Below are positions 35,121-45,255 of a DNA stretch of 64,000 nucleotides, one piece after another. The DNA is taken from positions 41,021 to 105,020 of the forward strand of contig DBDE01000043.1 of the NCBI GenBank assembly GCA_002293425.1, given 5' to 3'. Source of the stretch: Alistipes sp. UBA940 (GTDB lineage: Bacteria > Bacteroidota > Bacteroidia > Bacteroidales > Rikenellaceae). Position 1 is the first letter of the stretch; each line of letters starts with the position of its first letter. The notes below the pieces were generated by a model. That model saw only the letters and a program-made list of their open reading frames with translations, searched no databases and was not told the DNA's origin. The position numbers and the translations under genes are program-made.

Positions 35121-36299
35121 ATGTTGTCGCGTCGGATCAAGGAGAAGCTAAATGACTATCCCACACCGTTTTACCTCTACGATATGGACCTGCTGGGCCA
35201 GACATTAGACGAGATAAAACACCAAGCCGAGCGCGACGGCTACAAAATCCACTATGCGATCAAAGCCAACGGCGACGAAACCATCCTGCGCGAAGTGCTC
35301 AAACGGGGTTTCGGCATCGACTGTGTGAGCGGTCGCGAGCTGGCGTTAGTGCGGCAACTGGGCTTTCCGGCCGAGGGCATCGTCTACGCCGGTGTGGGAA
35401 AGAGCGACCGCGAAATCGAGCTGGGCATCACCGAGGGCATTCGGGCATTCAATTGCGAAAGCCGACAAGAGTTGCAGGTCATAAACGAGCTGGCCGAAAA
35501 GCTGGGTAAGCGTGCTCGGGTGGCCCTGCGCATCAATCCCGACGTCGATCCGCAGACCCATCGCCACATCTCGACGGGGCAAGCCGACAGCAAATTCGGC
35601 ATCTCATACAAAGAGATCGACCTCGTTGCCGACGAGCTGGCGGAGTATGGCAATCTCGATTTTCAGGGCCTGCACTTCCACATCGGATCGCAGATAACCG
35701 ATATGAGGGTGTTCGAGTTCTTCTGCCGGCGGGTCAATTCGCTGGCCGAGTGGTTCGCCGAGCGCGGTTTTCCGGTGGGCTACATCAATATGGGCGGCGG
35801 CCTGGGGGTCAACTACGAGGCTCCCGACTCCGAACCGATGCCCGACTTCGGGGCCTATTTCGACGCTTTCAGGCGCAACCTGCAGCTCCATCCCGCCACG
35901 GAAGTGCACTTCGAGCTGGGTCGGGCGATGGTGGCGCAGTGTGGCGAGCTCATCACGCGGGTGTTGTTCAACAAGCTCAACTCGGCGGGAAACGAGGTGG
36001 TTATCGTCGACGGGAGTATGTCGGAGCTGATACGCCCTGCGCTGTACGACGCCTATCACCGGATCGAGAACCTTTCGGCGCGCGAGGATGGTCTGAGGAG
36101 AAGCTATATCGTGGCGGGGACGGTTTGTGAGTCGAGCGATATTTTTGCCACCGATCGCACTTTGCCGGAGTTGCGGCGGGGCGATCTGGTGGCTATTCAG
36201 AGCGCGGGGGCTTATGGCATCTCGATGGCCTCGACCTATAATATGCACGCCATTCCCGCGAGCGTTTATTTCAGTGAAAAACTAAAAGCTAAAAACTAA
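35121..36299 (+). CDS. lysA: Diaminopimelate decarboxylase
   Basis: 392 aa with TPFYLYD, YAIKAN (PLP lysine), FNCES, GLHFHIGSQ, NMGGGLGV and CESSD. Confidence 0.9.
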   Translation: MLSRRIKEKLNDYPTPFYLYDMDLLGQTLDEIKHQAERDGYKIHYAIKANGDETILREVLKRGFGIDCVSGRELALVRQLGFPAEGIVYAGVGKSDREIELGITEGIRAFNCESRQELQVINELAEKLGKRARVALRINPDVDPQTHRHISTGQADSKFGISYKEIDLVADELAEYGNLDFQGLHFHIGSQITDMRVFEFFCRRVNSLAEWFAERGFPVGYINMGGGLGVNYEAPDSEPMPDFGAYFDAFRRNLQLHPATEVHFELGRAMVAQCGELITRVLFNKLNSAGNEVVIVDGSMSELIRPALYDAYHRIENLSAREDGLRRSYIVAGTVCESSDIFATDRTLPELRRGDLVAIQSAGAYGISMASTYNMHAIPASVYFSEKLKAKN

Positions 36300-36387
36300 A
36301 AACTGGGCTACGCGACGCAAGCTATGCAGGAACGTCATTGCGAGCGGTCCAACTTTTAGTTCTTAGCTTTTAGTTCTTAGTTTTCTA

Positions 36388-37479
36388 TCAGCTTTCCCCG
36401 CCGAACTCCATCAGATAGGCTTTGATAAATTCGTCGAGTTTGCCGTCGAGCACCGCATCGGGATTGGATGTCTGATAGTTGGTGCGATGGTCCTTCACCC
36501 GCCGATCGTCCAACACATAGCTGCGGATCTGGCTGCCCCATTCTATCTTCTTTTTCTGCTTTTCAAGCGCCATTCGCGCCTCCATCTGCTTGTCCAATTC
36601 GCGCTGGTAGAGCTTCGAGCGCAGAATCCTCATCGCATTTTCGCGGTTATTGAGCTGCGAGCGGGTCTCGGAGTTCTCGATAACGATGCCCGACGGAATG
36701 TGCTTCAACCTCACGGCCGTCTCCACCTTGTTGACATTCTGCCCGCCCGCACCCGACGAACGCATCGTGTCCCACTCCAGGTCGGCGGGGTTGATGACGA
36801 TCTCGATGGTGTCGTCCACCGCCGGCGAGACAAAGACCGAGGCGAACGACGTTTGCCGCTTGTTCTGAGCGTTGAATGGCGAGGGCCGCACCAGCCGGTG
36901 CACCCCATTCTCGCTTTTGAGAAATCCGTATGCAAAGTCGCCCTCGAACTCCAGCGTGACCGACTTCACCCCCGCTTCGTCGCCCTCCTGAAAGTCGAGG
37001 GTTTTAACTTTATAGCCGTTCAGTTCGCCCCATCGCAGGTACATTCGGTGCAACATTCCCGCCCAATCGAGGGCTTCGGTGCCGCCCGCTCCGGCGTTGA
37101 TGTCGAGTATTGCGCCCAGTTTGTCCTCCTTGCCCTGCAACATATTGCGCATTTCGAGCTCCTCGACAGCGGCGAGCGCACGAGCGTATTCGGCATCCAA
37201 TTCCTCTTCACTCGCCGCGCCTTCGCGCACGAAGTCGGGCATAATTGCCAGGTCGTCGACGGCAGTGGCGGCAGTGTCGTAGGCGGTCACCCAGCTTTTG
37301 ATGGCGGCGGTGGCTTTGAGGGCCTTTTCGGCTTCGGCCGCGTCGTCCCAAAAATCGGGCGCGAGGCTCTTTTCCTCCTCGATTTTGAGGCGTGCACGCT
37401 TGTCGTCGATGTTGATGTGACGCGCCAGCTCTTCGACGCGGCGGGTTAACTCTTTGATCTGCTCTATTGTAGTTGCCAT
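36388..37479 (-). CDS. prfB: Peptide chain release factor 2 (single uninterrupted frame)
   Basis: Start at the ATG at 37479 ([11 protein letters not shown]...). [18 protein letters not shown] carries the SPF motif of RF2, and [17 protein letters not shown] carries GGQ. Confidence 0.9.
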   Translation of the reverse strand: MATTIEQIKELTRRVEELARHINIDDKRARLKIEEEKSLAPDFWDDAAEAEKALKATAAIKSWVTAYDTAATAVDDLAIMPDFVREGAASEEELDAEYARALAAVEELEMRNMLQGKEDKLGAILDINAGAGGTEALDWAGMLHRMYLRWGELNGYKVKTLDFQEGDEAGVKSVTLEFEGDFAYGFLKSENGVHRLVRPSPFNAQNKRQTSFASVFVSPAVDDTIEIVINPADLEWDTMRSSGAGGQNVNKVETAVRLKHIPSGIVIENSETRSQLNNRENAMRILRSKLYQRELDKQMEARMALEKQKKKIEWGSQIRSYVLDDRRVKDHRTNYQTSNPDAVLDGKLDEFIKAYLMEFGGES

Positions 37480-38930
37480 TCGGAACCTCCCTCTTTTTTG
37501 TCCATAACCTTGATCCCCGCCGCGGCCAACCCGTCTCTGATGCGGTCGGACATAGCCCAATCTTTGTTGTTCTTGGCCTCCGCACGCAGTTGGAGCATCA
37601 AATCCATAACCGGAGCGAGCGCACTCTCGTCCGAGGCTTTATCGTTCCTCAACCCGAGGATGTCGAATACCCAGGTGTTCATCACGGTTTTTAATTGCGC
37701 CAAATCTTCGGCTCCGATAGTAGCCGTGCCGTCGTGGATCTGGTTGATGACCCGCACGGCATCGAATAAATGTGAGATAACGATGGGAGTGTTCAGGTCG
37801 TCGTTCATTGCTTCCCTGAACTTCGCCTCCAAGCCAGACGCCTGCAAGGGCTGAGGATTCAGCCCGCCGCTGGGGGGGGCGGCTGGCTGACGCTCTTCTG
37901 ACGAAGAGCGGGACGACAAATTATCCAACGTTTCCACCGCTTTCATCAACCTCTCCAACCCCTTTTCGGCGGCGGCAAGGGCTTCGTGCGAAAAATCGAG
38001 CGTCGAGCGATAGTGCGCCTGCAACATAAAGAAGCGGATCACCATCGGGTCGAAATCTTCCAGCGAAACGGCGTTGCCAAGCGATTTGCCCATCTTCTGG
38101 CCGCCCGTGGTGATCATATTGTTGTGCATCCAGTACTTCGCACCGCCGTCGCCACAGGCAGTGCATTGGGCTATTTCGGCTTCGTGGTGGGGGAACATCA
38201 GGTCGAGCCCCCCTCCGTGAATGTCGAACCGCTTGCCCAAATACTTCTCGCTCATAGCGCTGCACTCCATATGCCAACCCGGAAAACCGTCGCTCCACGG
38301 GCTCGGCCAACGCATAATGTGCTCCGGCGAGGCCTTCTTCCACAGCGCGAAATCGAGCGGAGAACGCTTGTCCGAGCCGCCATCCAGCGCACGGGTCCCC
38401 TCCAACATATCTTCGATCTTCCGCCCCGACAGCTCTCCATAGTTGTGCTCGCGGGAGTATTTCACCACGTCGAAGTAAACCGATCCGCCCGCCTCGTAGG
38501 CATATCCGGCATCCAGAATGTGCTTTATCATCTCGATCTGCTCGATGATATGGCCGCTGGCGAGAGGCTCGATCGAGGGCGGCAGGACGTTCAGCCGCCG
38601 CATCGCGTCGTGATAGGAGTTGGTGTACATCTGCGCCACCTCCATCGGTTCCAGCTTTTCGAGCCGTGCAAGTTTGGCAATTTTGTCCTCGCCCTCGTCG
38701 GCATCGTGTTCCAGATGGCCGACGTCGGTGATGTTGCGCACATAGCGCACGCGGTATCCCAAAAATTTGAGATAACGGAAGAGTATATCGAAAGTTATAG
38801 CCGACCGTGCGTGCCCCAGATGGGGCGGGCCGTAAACCGTCGGGCCGCACACATACATCCCGACGTGACCCGGAACGAGCGGCACAAACTCCTCTTTGCG
38901 GCGCGTTAAAGTATTATACAGGGTAAACAT
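37464..38930 (-). CDS. cysS: Cysteine--tRNA ligase
   Basis: 488 aa with [16 protein letters not shown] (HIGH), KMGKSLGN (KMSKS) and the class I catalytic core. Confidence 0.9.
   Translation of the reverse strand: MFTLYNTLTRRKEEFVPLVPGHVGMYVCGPTVYGPPHLGHARSAITFDILFRYLKFLGYRVRYVRNITDVGHLEHDADEGEDKIAKLARLEKLEPMEVAQMYTNSYHDAMRRLNVLPPSIEPLASGHIIEQIEMIKHILDAGYAYEAGGSVYFDVVKYSREHNYGELSGRKIEDMLEGTRALDGGSDKRSPLDFALWKKASPEHIMRWPSPWSDGFPGWHMECSAMSEKYLGKRFDIHGGGLDLMFPHHEAEIAQCTACGDGGAKYWMHNNMITTGGQKMGKSLGNAVSLEDFDPMVIRFFMLQAHYRSTLDFSHEALAAAEKGLERLMKAVETLDNLSSRSSSEERQPAAPPSGGLNPQPLQASGLEAKFREAMNDDLNTPIVISHLFDAVRVINQIHDGTATIGAEDLAQLKTVMNTWVFDILGLRNDKASDESALAPVMDLMLQLRAEAKNNKDWAMSDRIRDGLAAAGIKVMDKKEGGSEWQLQ
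37860..37908. repeat. GC-rich two-hairpin element, copy 3, in frame inside cysS
   Basis: CAGCCCGCC...GGCGGCTG, then GCTGACG, then CTCTTC-TGAC-GAAGAG. It encodes ...[17 protein letters not shown]... in the linker before the anticodon-binding domain. Confidence 0.55.
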
Positions 38931-38957
38931 TCCGCAAAATTAACTATTTTTGCGGAA
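38931..38957. promoter_or_regulatory. Palindromic divergent promoter pair between cysS and the DUF2723 gene
   Basis: TTCCGCAAAA-TTAACTA-TTTTGCGGAA. Each strand reads TAnnTTTG-CGGA-ATG (TATTTTTG on the + strand, TAATTTTG on the - strand), so the start codon lies 4 nt after the box. Confidence 0.5.
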
Positions 38958-41926
38958 TGAATAACTACAAAAAGCTCAATAACATCACCGGTTGGATTGT
39001 GTTTGTTGTCGCCTTAACAGTCTATCTGACCACCGCCGCTCCGGTTGCCGATTGGTGGGACTGTATGGAGTTCACCGCAACGTCGTATAAGTTAGAGATA
39101 GGCCATCCGCCCGGAGCACCGCTCTTTATGATGATGATGAGGGTGTTCACGATGTTTGCGTCGAGCCCCGAGACGGTGGGTTTTTGGGGCAACGTGATGT
39201 CGTGTGTGATGAGCGCGCTCACCATCCTGTTTATGTTTTGGACGATAAGTCGCCTGGCGCAAAAGTTGGGGGCGGACGGTTTGACGGCCCTTGCTTCGGC
39301 GTTGGTGGGTTCGCTGGCCTATGCTTTTACCGACACTTTCTGGTTTTCGGCGGTGGAGAGCGAGGTGTACGCCACTTCGAGTATGTTCACGGCGTTGGTG
39401 GTGTGGCTGATGATGCGCTGGGAGGAGGTGGCGGACGAGGAGGGGAATGAGCGGTGGCTGGTGCTCATCGCATACGTTATGGGGCTGTCGATCGGGGTGC
39501 ATATCCTCAATTTGCTGACTGTTCCGGCGTTGGTTTTTGTTTACTATTTCCGCAAGGCGACGCGCATCACCTGGCAGGGCGTTGCTGGGGCCGTGGTTGC
39601 CGCGGGGGGAATATTGTTTGCCATCTATAAGGTGATTATGCCGCTCACGGTTTCGATGGGGGCGGGCATCGACCGGATTGCTGTTAACGATCTGGGTTGG
39701 CCGGTCAACAGCGGGATGGCACTGTGGTTGGCAATTTTGTTCACGGCAGTGTTTGCGGGCATTTTCGCGACCCGCCGCAGCGGCAAGAGGTTGTGGAACA
39801 CCGTGTTGTTGTGTACGGCGGTGATATTGATCGGTTATAGCTCTTATGCCAGCGTGGTCATCCGGTCGAGCGTCAATCCGCCGATGAACAGCAACCGTCC
39901 CGACAATCCTTATGCGTTGCAGGAGCTGATGGGACGCACTCAATATGGGCGTATTCCGATAGTTTACGGCCCGATGTTCGACAGTGAGATGGTCGATATG
40001 GACTATGGCTATCGGTGGGAGATGGGCGAGGACGGCAAGTATCACCGGCGCCGATTTATTCGCGACTATGTCTATGGTTCGGGTGAGCAGGTGGCGTTTC
40101 CGCGCCTGTGGGACTTCAACGACGAGAATAACTATCGCGCCTGGCTGGGGCTCGACAAGGACGAAAGCCCAACTTACGGCGACAATCTGAGTTACTTTTT
40201 CGGCCACCAGTTCAATTTTATGTTCTGGCGATATTTTATGTGGAACTTCGTCGGGCGGCAGGACGACGTGCAGGGTCGCGGCGACATAATCCACGGCAAC
40301 TGGCTGAGCGGCATCAAACCCATCGACGCCCTCTACCTCGGTCCGCAGAGCGATTTGCCGAGCGAGATTGCGAACAACAAGGGACGGAACACCTTTTTCT
40401 TTCTTCCTTTCCTGCTCGGGATTTTGGGGCTCATCTACCAGCTGAGCAAGGACAAGCGGGGTTTCACCGTCGTGATGTGGCTGTTCGTGATGATGGGTGT
40501 GGCGCTGGTGGTATACTTCAACGTTCTGCCAACGGCCGTCCGCGAAAGGGACTATATCTATGCCGGAGCTTTCTACGCCTTCTCCATCTGGATAGGACTG
40601 GGGGTGACGTGGGTGAAAGAGATAATTACGAATAGACTACGCGCGCGGGAATTTTCAACTCTTATCGCAACGGTTGTGTGTCTATCCGTTCCGCTGGTTT
40701 TGCTCTCCGAGGGTTGGGACGACCACGACCGCTCGGGGCGCAGGATAGGGCACGACTTCGGGTACAACTTCCTCGTCTCCACTCTGCCCGACGCCATTAT
40801 TATGAACTTCGGCGACAACGACACGTTCCCGTTGTGGTACAATCAGGAGGTTGAAGATGTGCGCCCCGACGTGCGGATAATGAATATGAGTTACGCCGGC
40901 GCCAATTGGTACATCGAGCAGATGCGCCACGCCTATAACAACTCCGAACCCGTTCCGATGTCGATCTCGATGGATGCTTATGCCGACAACGACTTGACCT
41001 ATGTCGAGCCGCTGGTAGATTACGCTTTGGATGTTCGCACGGTTGTCGATTTTGTCTCCGACCGCCACACCGACACCCGTTGGCAGTTGGAGAGCGGTGG
41101 CTGGATCGACTATATCCCTTCGGACGACATCACCATTCCGGTCGATAAGCAGAACGCCATCGACGCGGGCATCGTTCGTGCTGAGGATGCCCACCTGATG
41201 GTCGATTCGATTCGGTTCACCATTCCGACCACCACGGTGCGCAAGGACCAGCTGTTGGTGCTCGACGTATTGGCAAATTTCGATTGGAGCCGCCCGATAT
41301 ACACCACCGCACCCCAGATATTCACCGACCTGGGTTTGGGCGAGTGGTTGCAGGCCGACGGTTGGGCTTATCGGTTGGTGCCGATCCGCACGCCTGCCAA
41401 AGCCGAAACGGGCGAATATGGCCGCATCGACACCGAGCTGACTTACGATTTGTTGATGAACCGCTATAAATATGGCAATGCCAGCAACCCGCGGGTTTAT
41501 GTCGATTACACTTCGTTGGTCAATTTGCGATGGGTTCAGGCGCGAGAGACTTTTGTGAGGCTGGCCAACGAGTTGCTGGAGCAGGGCGATGTGGAGCGTG
41601 CGGTGGAGGTGCTTGATAGGTGTCTTACGGAGTATCCGCCCTCGAAGTTCGATTACGATTTTTGGCCGACCTATTCCATCATCGAGGCCTATTATGGGGC
41701 TGGTGCGATGGAGCGGGGCGATGTTTTGTTGGAGGATTATGCCAATGTTTTGCAGGAGTATATCAAGTATTATGGTCGGTTCGGTGGGTCGAAGTTTAGG
41801 AGTGTGGAGACGGTTTGGATGGATTATGTGAAGTACCTTGGTGCGCTGGAGACGGTGGCCGAGTTTTATGGCCGCACCGCCCAGAAGACCCCCATCACTG
41901 ACTATCTCGACGGGCTGGTGGAGTGA
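38957..41926 (+). CDS. DUF2723-type large polytopic membrane protein (glycosyltransferase-like)
   Basis: 989 aa. It has an N-terminal multi-TM region with DCMEFTATSYKLEIGHPPGAPLFMMMMRVF, as in DUF2723 proteins, and a large C-terminal soluble region. Confidence 0.7.
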   Translation: MNNYKKLNNITGWIVFVVALTVYLTTAAPVADWWDCMEFTATSYKLEIGHPPGAPLFMMMMRVFTMFASSPETVGFWGNVMSCVMSALTILFMFWTISRLAQKLGADGLTALASALVGSLAYAFTDTFWFSAVESEVYATSSMFTALVVWLMMRWEEVADEEGNERWLVLIAYVMGLSIGVHILNLLTVPALVFVYYFRKATRITWQGVAGAVVAAGGILFAIYKVIMPLTVSMGAGIDRIAVNDLGWPVNSGMALWLAILFTAVFAGIFATRRSGKRLWNTVLLCTAVILIGYSSYASVVIRSSVNPPMNSNRPDNPYALQELMGRTQYGRIPIVYGPMFDSEMVDMDYGYRWEMGEDGKYHRRRFIRDYVYGSGEQVAFPRLWDFNDENNYRAWLGLDKDESPTYGDNLSYFFGHQFNFMFWRYFMWNFVGRQDDVQGRGDIIHGNWLSGIKPIDALYLGPQSDLPSEIANNKGRNTFFFLPFLLGILGLIYQLSKDKRGFTVVMWLFVMMGVALVVYFNVLPTAVRERDYIYAGAFYAFSIWIGLGVTWVKEIITNRLRAREFSTLIATVVCLSVPLVLLSEGWDDHDRSGRRIGHDFGYNFLVSTLPDAIIMNFGDNDTFPLWYNQEVEDVRPDVRIMNMSYAGANWYIEQMRHAYNNSEPVPMSISMDAYADNDLTYVEPLVDYALDVRTVVDFVSDRHTDTRWQLESGGWIDYIPSDDITIPVDKQNAIDAGIVRAEDAHLMVDSIRFTIPTTTVRKDQLLVLDVLANFDWSRPIYTTAPQIFTDLGLGEWLQADGWAYRLVPIRTPAKAETGEYGRIDTELTYDLLMNRYKYGNASNPRVYVDYTSLVNLRWVQARETFVRLANELLEQGDVERAVEVLDRCLTEYPPSKFDYDFWPTYSIIEAYYGAGAMERGDVLLEDYANVLQEYIKYYGRFGGSKFRSVETVWMDYVKYLGALETVAEFYGRTAQKTPITDYLDGLVE

Positions 41927-42050
41927 AAAGTGATTTTTTGTTCCGCGTAGCGACGCGAACCACGCTCACGATGCCGAGGTGAGGATGACAATTTTCCATT
42001 TTCAATTTTCAATTGTCAATTTATTTTGTACCTTTGCGTCTCGGTTTTTT

Positions 42051-42134
42051 GCCCAGGTGGTGGAATTGGTAGACACGCCACTTTGAGGGGGTGGTGCCGG
42101 TTACGGTGTGTGAGTTCGAATCTCGTCCTGGGCA
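42051..42134 (+). tRNA. tRNA-Leu (anticodon GAG), type II with long variable arm
   Basis: 84 nt. Acceptor stem GCCCAGG/CCTGGGC. Anticodon stem CCACT/GGTGG with loop TTGAGGG. Long variable arm. T loop TTCGAAT. Confidence 0.8.
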
Positions 42135-42186
42135 CAAAGCAACGAAAGGGGAACAGCGGGTTCCCCTTTCCTCGTTATGATTATCG

Positions 42187-43038
42187 TCATAATCGTTTTA
42201 TCATTTCGAACTGTTTGCCTGCGAGCGGAATACTTAGGGCTTGCAGGAAACCGGCCAAAGTCTCATCTCGGCCAATTTCGGTGTTGATGCACTTTATGCC
42301 GGAAGCACGGTTTTGCCGCAACATTTCTCCGAGCAACGCCGAGCCGATGCCCTGTCGCCGATGGCTTTCCGCAACTGCTATCTGGGTGATGTCGCCCGCC
42401 GCAGGTTCGAAGATCACATAGCCGACGAGCCGGTCGCCGTCGAATGCGCCGAGGGTGATGAAATCCTTGGGAGCGCGTTCGATGGCCTCGAAACTGTTCT
42501 GCCACGACGGAGTGAAGTCCCAAAATTTTTCCGCAATCCCCCGTATTTCCGCAAGTGCGACACTCGCAACTCTCATCCCGACGCTCGGAATGGCCGAGGG
42601 CTGCCCCCTGAAGTAGTTGAACTCGCGGCTAACTTCAAAGCCCAGCCGCCGATAGACCGACACCGCCGCCGTGTTGTGCTGCAACACCTCCAACAGATAT
42701 TGCGCGACCCCCGCCGCCCGCAGATGCGGAAGCGAAGCCTCGAATATCTGCGTGGCGAACCCCTTGCCCCGATGCTCCGGCAGTGTCCCTGTTCCGGTGT
42801 CGTAAGCAGTCGGCACACCGTCGAAAGTCCCGATACCATTCAAAGTGAACCCCGCAATCCGCCCGCCGGAATCGAAAGCCGCAAACGAAAGCGCGGGATC
42901 GAAACCACGCCGCCGAAGCATTGTCCGCAACTCTTTGGGCGAAATTTGAACCTCGTAAGTGGCAAACGCCGCCCCGAAAGCCTCCGCAAGTACATCGAAC
43001 TCGACCCCCGAAAGTGATTTGATCTCCATAACAAACAC
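42187..43038 (-). CDS. GNAT-family N-acetyltransferase (two GNAT-like halves)
   Basis: 283 aa. HRGKGFATQIFE and HRRQGIGSALLGEML are acetyl-CoA-binding motif A (R/Q-x-x-G-x-G/A) occurrences. Confidence 0.75.
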   Translation of the reverse strand: MFVMEIKSLSGVEFDVLAEAFGAAFATYEVQISPKELRTMLRRRGFDPALSFAAFDSGGRIAGFTLNGIGTFDGVPTAYDTGTGTLPEHRGKGFATQIFEASLPHLRAAGVAQYLLEVLQHNTAAVSVYRRLGFEVSREFNYFRGQPSAIPSVGMRVASVALAEIRGIAEKFWDFTPSWQNSFEAIERAPKDFITLGAFDGDRLVGYVIFEPAAGDITQIAVAESHRRQGIGSALLGEMLRQNRASGIKCINTEIGRDETLAGFLQALSIPLAGKQFEMIKRL

Positions 43039-43188
43039 AAAGTTATTTAACTTTTTGAAAGTCTGAAATTTTATCTATTTTTACAACTCGATCTCGCAGG
43101 ATTAACGGGAGGTCTGCCGAGGTGGAAAAATCTTCGCCTCGCTTAATGAGGCAGGAAAAGATGAGTTAAGGCAAAAATATAACCTGAA

Positions 43189-43635
43189 ATGACAACACAA
43201 GAAAAAATAGCATCGACGGCGCCGTGCGGGCTCGATTGCTTCAATTGCGCATCGCACACAGCGAACATCACGCCCGAATATCGCGCACGGGTGGCCGAAC
43301 TATTCGGCGTTGCGCCCGAGGATACGGGTTGCAACGGCGGTTGCCGCGCCGTGAAGGGACATTGTCTGTGGACTAACGGTTTGTGTGCCACTTACGCCTG
43401 CGCGGAATCGAAGGGCGTGGAGTATTGCTTCGAGTGCGACGAGTTTCCGTGTCGCCGATTGGCACCCTCGATCGACAGTGCGGTGCAGAACTATCCCCAC
43501 AACTATAAACTTTTCAACCTGTGCCGGATGAAGGCCGTCGGGGTGGAGAATTGGATCGAGAACGACGCTGATTGGGTGCGCGAGATGTACTCCAAAGGCA
43601 GGTTCGTGGTGGGCGATAGTCCGGTAAAAAAATGA
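43189..43635 (+). CDS. Cys-rich DUF3795-like protein
   Basis: 148 aa with CGLDCFNC...C..GC...C...C..C...CFECDEFPC spacing. Confidence 0.55.
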   Translation: MTTQEKIASTAPCGLDCFNCASHTANITPEYRARVAELFGVAPEDTGCNGGCRAVKGHCLWTNGLCATYACAESKGVEYCFECDEFPCRRLAPSIDSAVQNYPHNYKLFNLCRMKAVGVENWIENDADWVREMYSKGRFVVGDSPVKK

Positions 43636-44117
43636 GACCGACGCTTTATGTCTTCTCCGGTTTGCCGGGGTCGGGAAAATCGGCGTTGGCGCGGTTGCTG
43701 GCGACGGAGCGCGGGGCGGCGTGGTTGCGCATCGACACTATCGAACAGGGATTGAGGGATTTGTGTGGGTTCGAGCCGCAGGGCGAGGGGTACAGGTTGG
43801 CTTATCGCATTGCGGCGGACAATTTGCGGGCGGGTCTGAGCGTTGTTGCCGATTCGTGCAATCCGATCGAGTTGACGCGGCGTGAGTGGGAGGCGGTAGC
43901 GGCCGAAAACGGTGCGATGGCGGTGAATATCGAGGTTGTGTGTTCCGACCGTGAGGAGCATAGGCGGCGGATTGAGGCGCGCGGTTGGCCTGCGTGGAGC
44001 GAGGTCGAAAACCGCGAATATCACCCGTGGAGCCGCGAGCACATCACCATCGACACGGCGGGCCGGACCGCCCGACAGAGTTTTGAAGAGTTAAACCGAA
44101 AAATAGAACAGTTATGA
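43632..44117 (+). CDS. P-loop kinase-like ATPase (AAA_33-type)
   Basis: 161 aa with Walker A GLPGSGKSALAR. ATGA overlaps on both sides. Confidence 0.6.
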   Translation: MRPTLYVFSGLPGSGKSALARLLATERGAAWLRIDTIEQGLRDLCGFEPQGEGYRLAYRIAADNLRAGLSVVADSCNPIELTRREWEAVAAENGAMAVNIEVVCSDREEHRRRIEARGWPAWSEVENREYHPWSREHITIDTAGRTARQSFEELNRKIEQL

Positions 44118-44512
44118 AATTCAACAACGTAAGATTATTGGTGCGGGACTATCGGAAGTGTTTCGATTTCTACGCCCAGAAGCTTGGTTTGGAGCCGCTG
44201 TGGGACATCGAGGAGTGTTACGGCGCGTTCAAGGTGGCCGACGGGATCGAGGGGTTGTCCATCTTTTTGAGCGATTATATGGCCCCGGTGGTCGGGAATG
44301 CTGATGCGCAACAGCCTGTCAGGGGTCGCGATAAGTCGATGGTTTGTTTCGAGGTACCCGACGTGGACGACACCTATCGGACGCTTCGTTCTAAGGGGGT
44401 TGTTTTTGTGAACGAGCCTGTCGATATGCCCGGTTGGGGAATGCGCGTCGTCCATCTGCGTGACCCGGAAGAGAACCTGATCGAGTTGTATACCCCACTG
44501 CAAGCCAATTAG
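44114..44512 (+). CDS. VOC (glyoxalase/bleomycin-resistance) family protein
   Basis: 132 aa with a paired beta-alpha-beta-beta-beta pattern (VRLLVRDYRKCFDFYAQKLGL...FEVPDVDDTYRTLRSKGVVFV...RVVHLRDPEENLIEL). Confidence 0.65.
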   Translation: MKFNNVRLLVRDYRKCFDFYAQKLGLEPLWDIEECYGAFKVADGIEGLSIFLSDYMAPVVGNADAQQPVRGRDKSMVCFEVPDVDDTYRTLRSKGVVFVNEPVDMPGWGMRVVHLRDPEENLIELYTPLQAN

Positions 44513-44514
44513 AA

Positions 44515-44934
44515 ATGAAACAGTTGACAGAATCACTCGAAAAATTGATCGACAAACAAAGCGTTAGCTTTATAAGCTCTGTCGATGAAAATGGCTTTCC
44601 GAACACAAAGGCGATGTTGGCTCCCGTCGAGCGGGAAGGTATCAAAACGTTTTATTGGCATACCAACAGTCCGTCGATGAGAGTAAAGCAATACCGAGCT
44701 AATCCGAAGGCTTGCATCTATTTTTGCGACGAGTTGTCTTTTCGCGGAGTTATGCTTAAAGGAACGATGGAGGTCGTCGATGACCCTGCCGTTAGAAAAG
44801 AGATTTGGAAAGAGGAGTTTTCCATCTACTATGAGGGCGGAATGGATGGCGGTGATTTCATAGTTTTGAAATTTACGGCAGAAACGGGAAGATTGTACGG
44901 TAATTACCATTCGGAAGATTTCGCGATCAAATAA
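44515..44934 (+). CDS. Pyridoxamine 5'-phosphate oxidase-fold (general stress protein 26-like) protein
   Basis: 139 aa with SFISSVDENGFPNTKAM...FYWHTNSPSMRVKQYRANPKACIYF...G.MLKGTMEVV. Confidence 0.6.
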   Translation: MKQLTESLEKLIDKQSVSFISSVDENGFPNTKAMLAPVEREGIKTFYWHTNSPSMRVKQYRANPKACIYFCDELSFRGVMLKGTMEVVDDPAVRKEIWKEEFSIYYEGGMDGGDFIVLKFTAETGRLYGNYHSEDFAIK

Positions 44935-44976
44935 ATATGCTGAACAGATTAATAACTGAATAAAAAACAACAACTA

Positions 44977-45255
44977 ATGGAAACCACACACATTTGTCAA
45001 AGCTGCGGGATGAATATGCGCACCGCAGAGGATTTAGGGACTGATGCCGACGGCACCCAGAACCACGATTATTGCCACTATTGCTATCAGAACGGCGCCT
45101 TCACGCGCGACGTGACGATCGACGAGATGGTGGAAATGAACTTGCAATTCCTCGACCACTGGAATGCCGAGACGGGCAACAATTTCACTGCCGACGAGGC
45201 GCGCCCGATCCTTCGCGAATTCCTGTCAACGCTGAAAAGATGGCGGGAAGAATGA
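44977..45255 (+). CDS. Zinc-ribbon domain protein
   Basis: 92 aa with CQSCGM...CHYC as two CxxC pairs. Confidence 0.5.
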   Translation: METTHICQSCGMNMRTAEDLGTDADGTQNHDYCHYCYQNGAFTRDVTIDEMVEMNLQFLDHWNAETGNNFTADEARPILREFLSTLKRWREE

